In this document: positions 38,301 through 53,357 of the stretch, piece after piece
Layout of the letters: each line of letters begins with the position of its first letter
Numbering within the stretch: position 1 is the first letter of the stretch
Origin: Auanema rhodensis
Taxonomy: Eukaryota > Animalia > Nematoda
Length of the DNA: 64,000 nt
Direction: 5' to 3'
Assembly (NCBI GenBank): GCA_964057225.1
Contig: OZ059899.1
Span: 17,174,001 to 17,238,000, forward strand
Notes under the pieces: model-generated
Database searches by the model: none
What the model was told of the DNA's origin: nothing
Seen by the model: only the letters and a program-made list of their open reading frames with translations
Program-made: the position numbers and the translations under genes

Positions 38301-40722
38301 AAATCGAGGATATAAGTGTGAACTTATATCAGTTGATATCTCGGTGAATTTTTAAGCTAGCGCAAATCTGATAACACAGATCGACGCAGCTTAAAAATCC
38401 GCATCGAATGCACTATACAACATTGAGAAACGCTTAATACAAAAATTAGTTATGATCGTTTGAAAAATGATGCATTAGTGTATGTTGAGTTTCCATGTAC
38501 ACTCAACATTGCTTCCAAAAACATTTTGACAAAAATTTTTCCAAAAAATTTCAAAATAATTTCGCAAAAAGTGAATGTTTTTAGATTCCGTTTTTCAAGG
38601 CAAAAACGATGGACAATGTTATTCAACAAAAAAATTAATTCTGCAGGGTGAAAATCGAGGATATAAGTGTGAACTTATATCAGTTGATATCTCGGTGCAT
38701 TTTTAAGCTAGCGCAAATCTGATAACACAGATCGACGCAGCTTAAAAATCCGCATCGAATGCACTATACAACATTGAGAAACGCTTAATACAAAAATTAG
38801 TTATGATCGTTTGAAAAATGATGCATTAGTGTATGTTGAGTTTCCATGTACACTCAACATTGCTTCCAAAAACATTTTTACAAAAATTTTTCCGAAAAAT
38901 TTCGAAACAATTTCGCAAAAAGTAGATGTTTTTAGATTCCTTTTTTCAGGGCAAAGACGATGGACATTGTTATTCAACGAAAAAATTAATTCTGCAGGGT
39001 GAAAATCGAGGATATAAGTGTGAACTTATATCAGTTGATATCTCGGTGCATTTTTAAGCTAGCGCAAATCTGATAACACAGATCGACGCAGTTTAAAAAT
39101 CCGCATCGAATGCACTATACTACATTGAGAAACGCTTAATACAAAACTTAGTTATGATTGTTTGAAAAAAGATGCATTAGTGTATGTTGAGTTTCCATGT
39201 ACACTCAACATTGCTTCCAAAAACATTTTTACAAAAATTTTTCCGAAAAATTTCGAAATAATTTCGCAGAAAGTAGATGTTTTCAGATTCTTTTTTTCAA
39301 GGCAAAGACGATGGACATTGTTATTCAACGAAAAAATTAATTCTGCAGGGTGAAAATCGAGGATATAAGTGTGAACTTATATCAGTTGATATCTCGGTGC
39401 ATTTTTAAGCTAGCGCAAATCTGATAACACAGATCGACGCAGCTTACAAATCCGCATCGAATGCCTTATACAACATTGAGAAACGCTTAATACAAAAATT
39501 AGTTATGATCGTTTGAAAAAAGACGCATTAGTGTATGTTGAGTTTCCATGTACACTCAACATTGCTTCCAAAAACATTTTGACAAAAATTTTTCCAAAAA
39601 ATTTCAAAATAATTTCGCAAAAAGTAAATGTTTTTAGATTCCTTTTTTCAAGGCAAAGACGATGGACATTGTTATTCAACGAAAAAATTAATTCTGCAGG
39701 GTGAAAATCGAGGATATAAGTGTGAACTTATATCAGTTGATATCTCGGTGCATTTTTAAGCTAGCGCAAATCTGATAACACAGATCGACGCAGCTTAAAA
39801 ATCCGCATCGAATGCACTATACTACATTGAGAAACGCTTAATACAAAAATTAGTTATGATCGTTTGAAAAAAGACGCATTAGTGTATGTTGAGTTTCCAT
39901 GTACACTCAACATTGCTTCCAAAAACATTTTTACAAAAATTTTTCCGAAAAATTTCAAAATAATTTCGCAAAAAGTAGATGTTTTTAGATTCCTTTTTTC
40001 AAGGCAAAGACGATGGACAATGTTATTCAACGGAAAAATTAATTCTGCAGGGTGAAAATCGAGGATATAAGTGTGAACTTATATCAGTTGATATCTCGGT
40101 GCATTTTTAAGCTAGCGCAAATCTGATAACACAGATCGACGCAGCTTAAAAATCCGCATCGAATGCACTATACAACATTGAGAAACGCTTAATACAAAAA
40201 TTAGTTATGATCGTTCGAAAAATGATGCATTAGTGTATGTTGAGTTTCCATGTACACTCAACATTGCTTCCAAAAACATTTTGACAAAAATTTTTCCAAA
40301 AAATTTCAAAATAATTTCGCAAAAAGTGAATGTTTTTAGATTCCATTTTTCAAGGCAAAGACGATGGACAATGTTATTCAACGAAAAAATTAATTCTGCA
40401 GGGTGAAAATCGAGGATATAAGTGTGAACTTATATCAGTTGATATCTCGGTGCATTTTTAAGCTAGCGCAAATCTGATAACACAGATCGACGCAGCTTAC
40501 AAATCCGCATCGAATGCCTTATACAACATTGAGAAACGCTTAATACAAAAATTAGTTATGATCGTTTGAAAAAAGACGCATTAGTGTATGTTGAGTTTCC
40601 ATGTACACTCAACATTGCTTCCAAGAACATTTTGACAAAAATTTTTCCAAAAAATTTCAAAATATTTTCGCAAAAAGTAAATGTTTTTAGATTCCTTTTT
40701 TCAAGGCAAAGACGATGGACAT

Positions 40723-43700
40723 TGTTATTCAACGAAAAAATTAATTCTGCAGGGTGAAAATCGAGGATATAAGTGTGAACTTATATCAGTTGATATCTCG
40801 GTGCATTTTTAAGCTAGCGCAAATCTGATAACACAGATCGACGCAGCTTAAAAATCCGCATCGAATGCACTATACTACATTGAGAAACGCTTAATACAAA
40901 AATTAGTTATGATCGTTTGAAAAAAGACGCATTAGTGTATGTTGAGTTTCCATGTACACTCAACATTGCTTCCAAAAACATTTTTACAAAAATTTTTCCG
41001 AAAAATTTCAAAATAATTTCGCAAAAAGTAGATGTTTTTAGATTCCTTTTTTCAAGGCAAAGACGATGGACAATGTTATTCAACGGAAAAATTAATTCTG
41101 CAGGGTGAAAATCGAGGATATAAGTGTGAACTTATATCAGTTGATATCTCGGTGCATTTTTAAGCTAGCGCAAATCTGATAACACAGATCGACGCAGCTT
41201 AAAAATCCGCATCGAATGCACTATACAACATTGAGAAACGCTTAATACAAAAATTAGTTATGATCGTTTGAAAAATGATGCATTAGTGTATGTTGAGTTT
41301 CCATGTACACTCAACATTGCTTCCAAAAACATTTTTACAAAACTTTTTCCGAAAAATTTCAAAATAATTTCGCAAAAAGTAGATGTTTTTAGATTCCTTT
41401 TTTCAAGGCAAAGACGATGGACAATGTTATTCAACGAAAAAATTAATTCTCCAGGGTGAAAATCGAGGATATAAGTGTGAACTTATATCAGTTGATATCT
41501 CGGTGCATTTTTAAGCTAGCGCAAATCTGATAACACAGATCGACGCAGCTTACAAATCCGCATCGAATGCCTTATACTACATTGAGAAACGCTTAATACA
41601 AAAATTAGTTATGATCGTTTGAAAAAAGACGCATTAGTGTATGTTGAGTTTCCATGTACACTCAACATTGCTTCCAAAAACATTTTGACAAAAATTTTTC
41701 CAAAAAATTTCAAAATATTTTCGCAAAAAGTAAATGTTTTTAGATTCCTTTTTTCAAGGCAAAGACGATGGACATTGTTATTCAACGAAAAAATTAATTC
41801 TGCAGGGTGAAAATCGAGGATATAAGTGTGAACTTATATCAGTTGATATCTCGGTGCATTTTTAAGCTAGCGCAAATCTGATAACACAGATCGACGCAGC
41901 TTAAAAATCCGCATCGAATGCACTATACTACATTGAGAAACGCTTAATACAAAAATTAGTTATGATCGTTTGAAAAAAGACGCATTAGTGTATGTTGAGT
42001 TTCCATGTACACTCAACATTGCTTCCAAAAACATTTTTACAAAACTTTTTCCGAAAAATTTCAAAATAATTTCGCAAAAAGTAGATGTTTTTAGATTCCT
42101 TTTTTCAAGGCAAAGACGATGGACAATGTTATTCAACGAAAAAATTAATTCTCCAGGGTGAAAATCGAGGATATAAGTGTGAACTTATATCAGTTGATAT
42201 CTCGGTGCATTTTTAAGCTAGCGCAAATCTGATAACACAGATCGACGCAGCTTAAAAATCCGCATCGAATGCACTATACAACATTGAGAAACGCTCAATA
42301 CAAAAATTAGTTATGATCGTTTGAAAAATGATGCATTAGTGTATGTTGAGTTTCCATGTACACTCAACATTGCTTCCAAAAACATTTTTACAAAAATTTT
42401 TCCGAAAAATTTCAAAATAATTTCGCAAAAAGTAGATGTTTTTAGATTCCTTTTTTCAAGGCAAAGACGATGGACAATGTTATTCAACGGAAAAATTAAT
42501 TCTGCAGGGTGAAAATCGAGGATATAAGTGTGAACTTATATCAGTTGATATCTCGGTGCATTTTTAAGCTAGCGCAAATCTGATAACACAGATCGACGCA
42601 GCTTAAAAATCCGCATCGAATGCACTATACAACATTGAGAAACGCTTAATACAAAAATTAGTTATGATCGTTTGAAAAATGATGCATTAGTGTATGTTGA
42701 GTTTCCATGTACACTCAACATTGCTTCCAAAAACATTTTTACAAAACTTTTTCTGAAAAATTTCAAAATAATTTCGCAAAAAGTAGATGTTTTTAGATTC
42801 CTTTTTTCAAGGCAAAGACGATGGACAATGTTATTCAACGAAAAAATTAATTCTCCAGGGTGAAAATCGAGGATATAAGTGTGAACTTATATCAGTTGAT
42901 ATCTCGGTGCATTTTTAAGCTAGCGCAAATCTGATAACACAGATCGACGCAGCTTAAAAATCCGCATCGAATGCACTATACAACATTGAGAAACGCTTAA
43001 TACAAAAATTAGTTATGATCGTTTGAAAAATGATGCATTAGTGTATGTTGAGTTTCCATGTACACTCAACATTGCTTCCAAAAACATTTTGACAAAAATT
43101 TTTCCAAAAAATTTCAAAATAATTTCGCAAAAAGTGAATGTTTTTAGATTCCGTTTTTCAAGGCAAAGACGATGGACAATGTTATTCAACGGAAAAATTA
43201 ATTCTGCAGGGTGAAAATCGAGGATATAAGTGTGAACTTATATCAGTTGATATCTCGGTGCATTTTTAAGCTAGCGCAAATCTGATAACACAGATCGACG
43301 CAGCTTAAAAATCCGCATCGAATGCACTATACAACATTGAGAAACGCTTAATACAAAAATTAGTTATGATCGTTTGAAAAATGATGCATTAGTGTATGTT
43401 GAGTTTCCATGTACACTCAACATTGCTTCCAAAAACATTTTTACAAAACTTTTTCCGAAAAATTTCAAAATAATTTCGCAAAAAGTGAATGTTTTTAGAT
43501 TCCGTTTTTCAAGGCAAAGACGATGGACAATGTTATTCAACGGAAAAATTAATTCTCCAGGGTGAAAATCGAGGATATAAGTGTGAACTTATATCAGTTG
43601 ATATCTCGGTGCATTTTTAAGCTAGCGCAAATCTGATAACACAGATCGACGCAGCTTAAAAATCCGCATCGAATGCACTATACAACATTGAGAAACGCTT

Positions 43701-46700
43701 AATACAAAAATTAGTTATGATCGTTTGAAAAATGATGCATTAGTGTATGTTGAGTTTCCATGTACACTCAACATTGCTTCCAAAAACAATTTTACAAAAA
43801 TTTTTCCGAAAAATTTCGAAACAATTTCGCAAAAAGTAGATGTTTTTAGATTCCTTTTTTCAGGGCAAAGACGATGGACATTGTTATTCAACGAAAAAAT
43901 TAATTCTGCAGGGTGAAAATCGAGGATATAAGTGTGAACTTATATCAGTTGATATCTCGGTGCATTTTTAAGCTAGCGCAAATCTGATAACACAGATCGA
44001 CGCAGTTTAAAAATCCGCATCGAATGCACTATACTACATTGAGAAACGCTTAATACAAAACTTAGTTATGATCGTTTGAAAAAAGATGCATTAGTGTATG
44101 TTGAGTTTCCATGTACACTCAACATTGCTTCCAAAAACATTTTTACAAAAATTTTTCCGAAAAATTTCGAAATAATTTCGCAGAAAGTAGATGTTTTTAG
44201 ATTCCTTTTTTCAAGGCAAAGACGATGGACATTGTTATTCAACGAAAAAATTAATTCTGCAGGGTGAAAATCGAGGATATAAGTGTGAACTTATATCAGT
44301 TGATATCTCGGTGCATTTTTAAGCTAGCGCAAATCTGATAACACAGATCGACGCAGCTTACAAATCCGCATCGAATGCACTATACAACATTGAGAAACGC
44401 TTAATACAAAAATTAGTTATGATCGTTTGAAAAATGATGCATTAGTGTATGTTGAGTTTCCATGTACACTCAACATTGCTTCCAAAAACATTTTGACAAA
44501 AATTTTTCCAAAAAATTTCAAAATAATTTCGCAAAAAGTGAATGTTTTTAGATTCCGTTTTTCAAGGCAAAGACGATGGACAATGTTATTCAACGAAAAA
44601 ATTAATTCTGCAGGGTGAAAATCGAGGATATAAGTGTGAACTTATATCAGTTGATATCTCGGTGCATTTTTAAGCTAGCGCAAATCTGATAACACAGATC
44701 GACGCAGCTTACAAATCCGCATCGAATGCCTTATACAACATTGAGAAACGCTTAATACAAAAATTAGTTATGATCGTTTGAAAAATGATGCATTAGTGTA
44801 TGTTGAGTTTCCATGTACACTCAACATTGCTTCCAAAAACATTTTTACAAAACTTTTTCCGAAAAATTTCAAAATAATTTCGCAAAAAGTGAATGTTTTT
44901 AGATTCCGTTTTTCAAGGCAAAGACGATGGACAATGTTATTCAACGGAAAAATTAATTCTCCAGGGTGAAAATCGAGGATATAAGTGTGAACTTATATCA
45001 GTTGATATCTCGGTGCATTTTTAAGCTAGCGCAAATCTGATAACACAGATCGACGCAGCTTAAAAATCCGCATCGAATGCACTATACAACATTGAGAAAC
45101 GCTTAATACAAAAATTAGTTATGATCGTTTGAAAAATGATGCATTAGTGTATGTTGAGTTTCCATGTACACTCAACATTGCTTCCAAAAACAATTTTACA
45201 AAAATTTTTCCGAAAAATTTCGAAACAATTTCGCAAAAAGTAGATGTTTTTAGATTCCTTTTTTCAGGGCAAAGACGATGGACATTGTTATTCAACGAAA
45301 AAATTAATTCTGCAGGGTGAAAATCGAGGATATAAGTGTGAACTTATATCAGTTGATATCTCGGTGCATTTTTAAGCTAGCGCAAATCTGATAACACAGA
45401 TCGACGCAGTTTAAAAATCCGCATCGAATGCACTATACTACATTGAGAAACGCTTAATACAAAACTTAGTTATGATCGTTTGAAAAAAGATGCATTAGTG
45501 TATGTTGAGTTTCCATGTACACTCAACATTGCTTCCAAAAACATTTTTACAAAAATTTTTCCGAAAAATTTCGAAATAATTTCGCAGAAAGTAGATGTTT
45601 TTAGATTCCTTTTTTCAAGGCAAAGACGATGGACATTGTTATTCAACGAAAAAATTAATTCTGCAGGGTGAAAATCGAGGATATAAGTGTGAACTTATAT
45701 CAGTTGATATCTCGGTGCATTTTTAAGCTAGCGCAAATCTGATAACACAGATCGACGCAGCTTACAAATCCGCATCGAATGCACTATACAACATTGAGAA
45801 ACGCTTAATACAAAAATTAGTTATGATCGTTTGAAAAATGATGCATTAGTGTATGTTGAGTTTCCATGTACACTCAACATTGCTTCCAAAAACATTTTGA
45901 CAAAAATTTTTCCAAAAAATTTCAAAATAATTTCGCAAAAAGTGAATGTTTTTAGATTTCGTTTTTCAAGGCAAAGACGATGGACAATGTTATTCAACGA
46001 AAAAATTAATTCTGCAGGGTGAAAATCGAGGATATAAGTGTGAACTTATATCAGTTGATATCTCGGTGCATTTTTAAGCTAGCGCAAATCTGATAACACA
46101 GATCGACGCAGCTTACAAATCCGCATCGAATGCACTATACAACATTGAGAAACGCTTAATACAAAAATTAGTTATGATCGTTTGAAAAATGATGCATTAG
46201 TGTATGTTGAGTTTCCATGTACACTCAACATTGCTTCCAAAAACATTTTGACAAAAATTTTTCCAAAAAATTTCAAAATAATTTCGCAAAAAGTGAATGT
46301 TTTTAGATTTCGTTTTTCAAGGCAAAGACGATGGACAATGTTATTCAACGAAAAAATTAATTCTGCAGGGTGAAAATCGAGGATATAAGTGTGAACTTAT
46401 ATCAGTTGATATCTCGGTGCATTTTTAAGCTAGCGCAAATCTGATAACACAGATCGACGCAGCTTACAAATCCGCATCGAATGCCTTATACAACATTGAG
46501 AAACGCTTAATACAAAAATTAGTTATGATCGTTTGAAAAATGATGCATTAGTGTATGTTGAGTTTCCATGTACACTCAACATTGCTTCCAAAAACATTTT
46601 TACAAAACTTTTTCCGAAAAATTTCAAAATAATTTCGCAAAAAGTAGATGTTTTTAGATTCCTTTTTTCAAGGCAAAGACGATGGACAATGTTATTCAAC

Positions 46701-49700
46701 GAAAAAATTAATTCTCCAGGGTGAAAATCGAGGATATAAGTGTGAACTTATATCAGTTGATATCTCGGTGCATTTTTAAGCTAGCGCAAATCTGATAACA
46801 CAGATCGACGCAGCTTAAAAATCCGCATCGAATGCACTATACAACATTGAGAAACGCTCAATACAAAAATTAGTTATGATCGTTTGAAAAATGATGCATT
46901 AGTGTATGTTGAGTTTCCATGTACACTCAACATTGCTTCCAAAAACAATTTTACAAAAATTTTTCCGAAAAATTTCGAAACAATTTCGCAAAAAGTAGAT
47001 GTTTTTAGATTCCTTTTTTCAGGGCAAAGACGATGGACATTGTTATTCAACGAAAAAATTAATTCTGCAGGGTGAAAATCGAGGATATAAGTGTGAACTT
47101 ATATCAGTTGATATCTCGGTGCATTTTTAAGCTAGCGCAAATCTGATAACACAGATCGACGCAGTTTAAAAATCCGCATCGAATGCACTATACTACATTG
47201 AGAAACGCTTAATACAAAACTTAGTTATGATCGTTTGAAAAAAGATGCATTAGTGTATGTTGAGTTTCCATGTACACTCAACATTGCTTCCAAAAACATT
47301 TTTACAAAAATTTTTCCGAAAAATTTCGAAATAATTTCGCAGAAAGTAGATGTTTTTAGATTCCTTTTTTCAAGGCAAAGACGATGGACATTGTTATTCA
47401 ACGAAAAAATTAATTCTGCAGGGTGAAAATCGAGGATATAAGTGTGAACTTATATCAGTTGATATCTCGGTGCATTTTTAAGCTAGCGCAAATCTGATAA
47501 CACAGATCGACGCAGCTTACAAATCCGCATCGAATGCACTATACAACATTGAGAAACGCTTAATACAAAAATTAGTTATGATCGTTTGAAAAATGATGCA
47601 TTAGTGTATGTTGAGTTTCCATGTACACTCAACATTGCTTCCAAAAACATTTTGACAAAAATTTTTCCAAAAAATTTCAAAATAATTTCGCAAAAAGTGA
47701 ATGTTTTTAGATTTCGTTTTTCAAGGCAAAGACGATGGACAATGTTATTCAACGAAAAAATTAATTCTGCAGGGTGAAAATCGAGGATATAAGTGTGAAC
47801 TTATATCAGTTGATATCTCGGTGCATTTTTAAGCTAGCGCAAATCTGATAACACAGATCGACGCAGCTTACAAATCCGCATCGAATGCCTTATACAACAT
47901 TGAGAAACGCTTAATACAAAAATTAGTTATGATCGTTTGAAAAATGATGCATTAGTGTATGTTGAGTTTCCATGTACACTCAACATTGCTTCCAAAAACA
48001 TTTTTACAAAACTTTTTCCGAAAAATTTCAAAATAATTTCGCAAAAAGTAGATGTTTTTAGATTCCTTTTTTCAAGGCAAAGACGATGGACAATGTTATT
48101 CAACGAAAAAATTAATTCTCCAGGGTGAAAATCGAGGATATAAGTGTGAACTTATATCAGTTGATATCTCGGTGCATTTTTAAGCTAGCGCAAATCTGAT
48201 AACACAGATCGACGCAGCTTAAAAATCCGCATCGAATGCACTATACAACATTGAGAAACGCTTAATACAAAAATTTGTTATGATCGTTTGAAAAATGATG
48301 CATTAGTGTATGTTGAGTTTCCATGTACACTCAACATTGCTTCCAAAAACATTTTTACAAAACTTTTTCCGAAAAATTTCAAAATAATTTCGCAAAAAGT
48401 AGATGTTTTTAGATTCCTTTTTTCAAGGCAAAGACGATGGACAATGTTATTCAACGAAAAAATTAATTCTCCAGGGTGAAAATCGAGGATATAAGTGTGA
48501 ACTTATATCAGTTGATATCTCGGTGCATTTTTAAGCTAGCGCAAATCTGATAACACAGATCGACGCAGCTTAAAAATCCGCATCGAATGCACTATACAAC
48601 ATTGAGAAACGCTTAATACAAAAATTAGTTATGATCGTTTGAAAAATGATGCATTAGTGTATGTTGAGTTTCCATGTACACTCAACATTGCTTCCAAAAA
48701 CATTTTTACAAAAATTTTTCCGAAAAATTTCGAAACAATTTCGCAAAAAGTAGATGTTTTTAGATTCCTTTTTTCAGGGCAAAGACGATGGACATTGTTA
48801 TTCAACGAAAAAATTAATTCTGCAGGGTGAAAATCGAGGATATAAGTGTGAACTTATATCAGTTGATATCTCGGTGCATTTTTAAGCTAGCGCAAATCTG
48901 ATAACACAGATCGACGCAGTTTAAAAATCCGCATCGAATGCACTATACTACATTGAGAAACGCTTAATACAAAACTTAGTTATGATCGTTTGAAAAAAGA
49001 TGCATTAGTGTATGTTGAGTTTCCATGTACACTCAACATTGCTTCCAAAAACATTTTTACAAAAATTTTTCCGAAAAATTTCGAAATAATTTCGCAGAAA
49101 GTAGATGTTTTTAGATTCCTTTTTTCAAGGCAAAGACGATGGACATTGTTATTCAACGAAAAAATTAATTCTGCAGGGTGAAAATCGAGGATATAAGTGT
49201 GAACTTATATCAGTTGATATCTCGGTGCATTTTTAAGCTAGCGCAAATCTGATAACACAGATCGACGCAGCTTACAAATCCGCATCGAATGCACTATACA
49301 ACATTGAGAAACGCTTAATACAAAAATTAGTTATGATCGTTTGAAAAATGATGCATTAGTGTATGTTGAGTTTCCATGTACACTCAACATTGCTTCCAAA
49401 AACATTTTGACAAAAATTTTTCCAAAAAATTTCAAAATAATTTCGCAAAAAGTGAATGTTTTTAGATTCCGTTTTTCAAGGCAAAGACGATGGACAATGT
49501 TATTCAACGAAAAAATTAATTCTGCAGGGTGAAAATCGAGGATATAAGTGTGAACTTATATCAGTTGATATCTCGGTGCATTTTTAAGCTAGCGCAAATC
49601 TGATAACACAGATCGACGCAGCTTACAAATCCGCATCGAATGCTTATACAACATTGAGAAACGCTTAATACAAAAATTAGTTATGATCGTTTGAAAAAAG

Positions 49701-51365
49701 ACGCATTAGTGTATGTTGAGTTTCCATGTACACTCAACATTGCTTCCAAAAACATTTTGACAAAAATTTTTCCAAAAAATTTCAAAATAATTTCGCAAAA
49801 AGTAAATGTTTTTAGATTCCTTTTTTCCAGGCAAAGACGATGGACATTGTTATTCAACGAAAAAATTAATTCTGCAGGGTGAAAATCGAGGATATAAGTG
49901 TGAACTTATATCAGTTGATATCTCGGTGCATTTTTAAGCTAGCGCAAATCTAATAACACAGATCGACGCAGCTTAAAAATCCGCATCGAATGCACTATAC
50001 TACATTGAGAAACGCTTAATACAAAAATTAGTTATGATCGTTTGAAAAAAGACGCATTAGTGTATGTTGAGTTTCCATGTACACTCAACATTGCTTCCAA
50101 AAACATTTTGACAAAAATTTTTCCAAAAAATTTCAAAATAATTTCGCAAAAAGTAAATGTTTTTAGATTCCTTTTTTCAAGGCAAAGACGATGGACATTG
50201 TTATTCAACGAAAAAATTAATTCTGCAGGGTGAAAATCGAGGATATAAGTGTGAACTTATATCAGTTGATATCTCGGTGCATTTTTAAGCTAGCGCAAAT
50301 CTGATAACACAGATCGACGCAGCTTACAAATCCGCATCGAATGCACTATACAACATTGAGAAACGCTTAATACAAAAATTAGTTATGATCGTTTGAAAAA
50401 TGATGCATTAGTGTATGTTGAGTTTCCATGTACACTCAACATTGCTTCCAAAAACATTTTGACAAAAATTTTTCCAAAAAATTTCAAAATAATTTCGCAA
50501 AAAGTGAATGTTTTTAGATTCCGTTTTTCAAGGCAAAGACGATGGACAATGTTATTCAACGAAAAAATTAATTCTGCAGGGTGAAAATCGAGGATATAAG
50601 TGTGAACTTATATCAGTTGATATCTCGGTGCATTTTTAAGCTAGCGCAAATCTGATAACACAGATCGACGCAGCTTACAAATCCGCATCGAATGCCTTAT
50701 ACAACATTGAGAAACGCTTAATACAAAAATTAGTTATGATCGTTTGAAAAAAGACGCATTAGTGTATGTTGAGTTTCCATGTACACTCAACATTGCTTCC
50801 AAAAACATTTTGACAAAAATTTTTCCAAAAAATTTCGAAATAATTTCGCAAAAAGTAAATGTTTTTAGATTCCTTTTTTCAAGGCAAAGACGATGGACAT
50901 TGTTATTCAACGAAAAAATTAATTCTGCAGGGTGAAAATCGAGGATATAAGTGTGAACTTATATCAGTTGATATCTCGGTGCATTTTTAAGCTAGCGCAA
51001 ATCTGATAACACAGATCGACGCAGCTTACAAATCCGCATCGAATGCCTTATACAACATTGAGAAACGCTTAATACAAAAATTAGTTATGATCGTTTGAAA
51101 AAAGACGCATTAGTGTATGTTGAGTTTCCATGTACACTCAACATTGCTTCCAAAAACATTTTGACAAAAATTTTTCCAAAAAATTTCAAAATAATTTCGC
51201 AAAAAGTAAATGTTTTTAGATTCCTTTTTTCAAGGTAAAGACGATGGACATTGTTATTCAACGAAAAAATTAATTCTGCAGGGTGAAAATCGAGGATATA
51301 AGTGTGAACTTATATCAGTTGATATCTCGGTGCATTTTTAAGCTAGCGCAAATCTGATAACACAG
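40723..51365 (+). repeat. Large higher-order block, copy 1 (about 30 monomers; offset 12,635 bp = 36 monomers minus 1 bp)
   Basis: ORFs 40917-50744 match ORFs 53552-63379 one for one. Shared private markers: ttcTgaaaa (42751/55386), aaattTgtta (48271/60906), 1-bp deletion tgcttata (49641/62276), tttcCagg (about 49828/62463), tctAataac (about 49952/62587). Confidence 0.93.
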
Positions 51366-53200
51366 ATCGACGCAGTTTAAAAATCCGCATCGAATGCACT
51401 ATACTACATTGAGAAACGCTTAATACAAAACTTAGTTATGATCGTTTGAAAAAAGATGCATTAGTGTATGTTGAGTTTCCATGTACACTCAACATTGCTT
51501 CCAAAAACATTTTGACAAAAATTTTTCCAAAAAATTTCAAAATAATTTCGCAAAAAGTGAATGTTTTTAGATTCCGTTTTTCAAGGTAAAGACGATGGAC
51601 AATGTTATTCAACGAAAAAATTAATTCTGCAGGGTGAAAATCGAGGATATAAGTGTGAACTTATATCAGTTGATATCTCGGTGCATTTTTAAGCTAGCGC
51701 AAATCTGATAACACAGATCGACGCAGCTTACAAATCCGCATCGAATGCCTTATACAACATTGAGAAACGCTTAATACAAAAATTAGTTATGATCGTTTGA
51801 AAAAAGACGCATTAGTGTATGTTGAGTTTCCATGTACACTCAACATTGCTTCCAAAAACATTTTGACAAAAATTTTTCCAAAAAATTTCAAAATAATTTC
51901 GCAAAAAGTGAATGTTTTTAGATTCCGTTTTTCAAGGCAAAGACGATGGACAATGTTATTCAACGAAAAAATTAATTCTGCAGAATGAAAATCGAGGATA
52001 TAAGAAGGAACTTATATCAGTTGATATCTCGGTGCATTTTTAAGCTAGCGCAAATCTGATAACACAGATCGACGCAGCTTACAAATCCGCATCGAATGCC
52101 TTATACAACATTGAGAAACGCTTAATACAAAAATTAGTTATGATCGTTTGAAAAAAGACGCATTAGTGTATGTTGAGTTTCCATGTACACTCAACATTGC
52201 TTCCAAAAACATTTTGACAAAAATTTTTCCAAAAAATTTCAAAATAATTTCGCAAAAAGTAAATGTTTTTAGATTCCTTTTTTCAAGGTAAAGACGATGG
52301 ACATTGTTATTCAACGAAAAAATTAATTCTGCAGGGTGAAAATCGAGGATATAAGTGTGAACTTATATCAGTTGATATCTCGGTGCATTTTTAAGCTAGC
52401 GCAAATCTGATAACACAGATCGACGCAGTTTAAAAATCCGCATCGAATGCACTATACTACATTGAGAAACGCTTAATACAAAACTTAGTTATGATCGTTT
52501 GAAAAAAGATGCATTAGTGTATGTTGAGTTTCCATGTACACTCAACATTGCTTCCAAAAACATTTTGACAAAAATTTTTCCAAAAAATTTCAAAATAATT
52601 TCGCAAAAAGTGAATGTTTTTAGATTCCGTTTTTCAACGTAAAGACGATGGACAATGTTATTCAACGAAAAAATTAATTCTGCAGGGTGAAAATCGAGGA
52701 TATAAGTGTGAACTTATATCAGTTGATATCTCGGTGCATTTTTAAGCTAGCGCAAATCTGATAACACAGATCGACGCAGCTTACAAATCCGCATCGAATG
52801 CCTTATACAACATTGAGAAACGCTTAATACAAAAATTAGTTATGATCGTTTGAAAAAAGACGCATTAGTGTATGTGGAGTTTCCATGTACACTCAACATT
52901 GCTTCCAAAAACATTTTGACAAAATTTTTTTCGAAAAATTTCAAAATAATTTCGCAAAAAGTAAATGTTTTTAGATTCCTTTTTTTAAGGCAAAGACGAT
53001 GGACAATGTTATTCAACGAAAAAATTAATTCTGCAGAATGAAAATCGAGGATATAAGAAGGAACTTATATCAGTTGATATCTCGGTGCATTTTTAAGCTA
53101 GCGCAAATCTGATAACACAGATCGACGCAGCTTACAAATCCGCATCGAATGCCTTATACAACATTGAGAAACGCTTAATACAAAAATTAGTTATGATCGT
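51095..53200 (+). repeat. Tandem duplication of a divergent trimer (1053 bp)
   Basis: Two monomers with gTaaagac followed by one with cagAAtga and taagAAGgaac, repeated at 51095 and 52148. Confidence 0.85.
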
Positions 53201-53357
53201 TTGAAAAATGATGCATTAGTGTATGTTGAGTTTCCATGTACACTCAACATTGCTTCCAAAAACAATTTTACAAAAATTTTTCCGAAAAATTTCGAAACAA
53301 TTTCGCAAAAAGTAGATGTTTTTAGATTCCTTTTTTCAGGGCAAAGACGATGGACAA

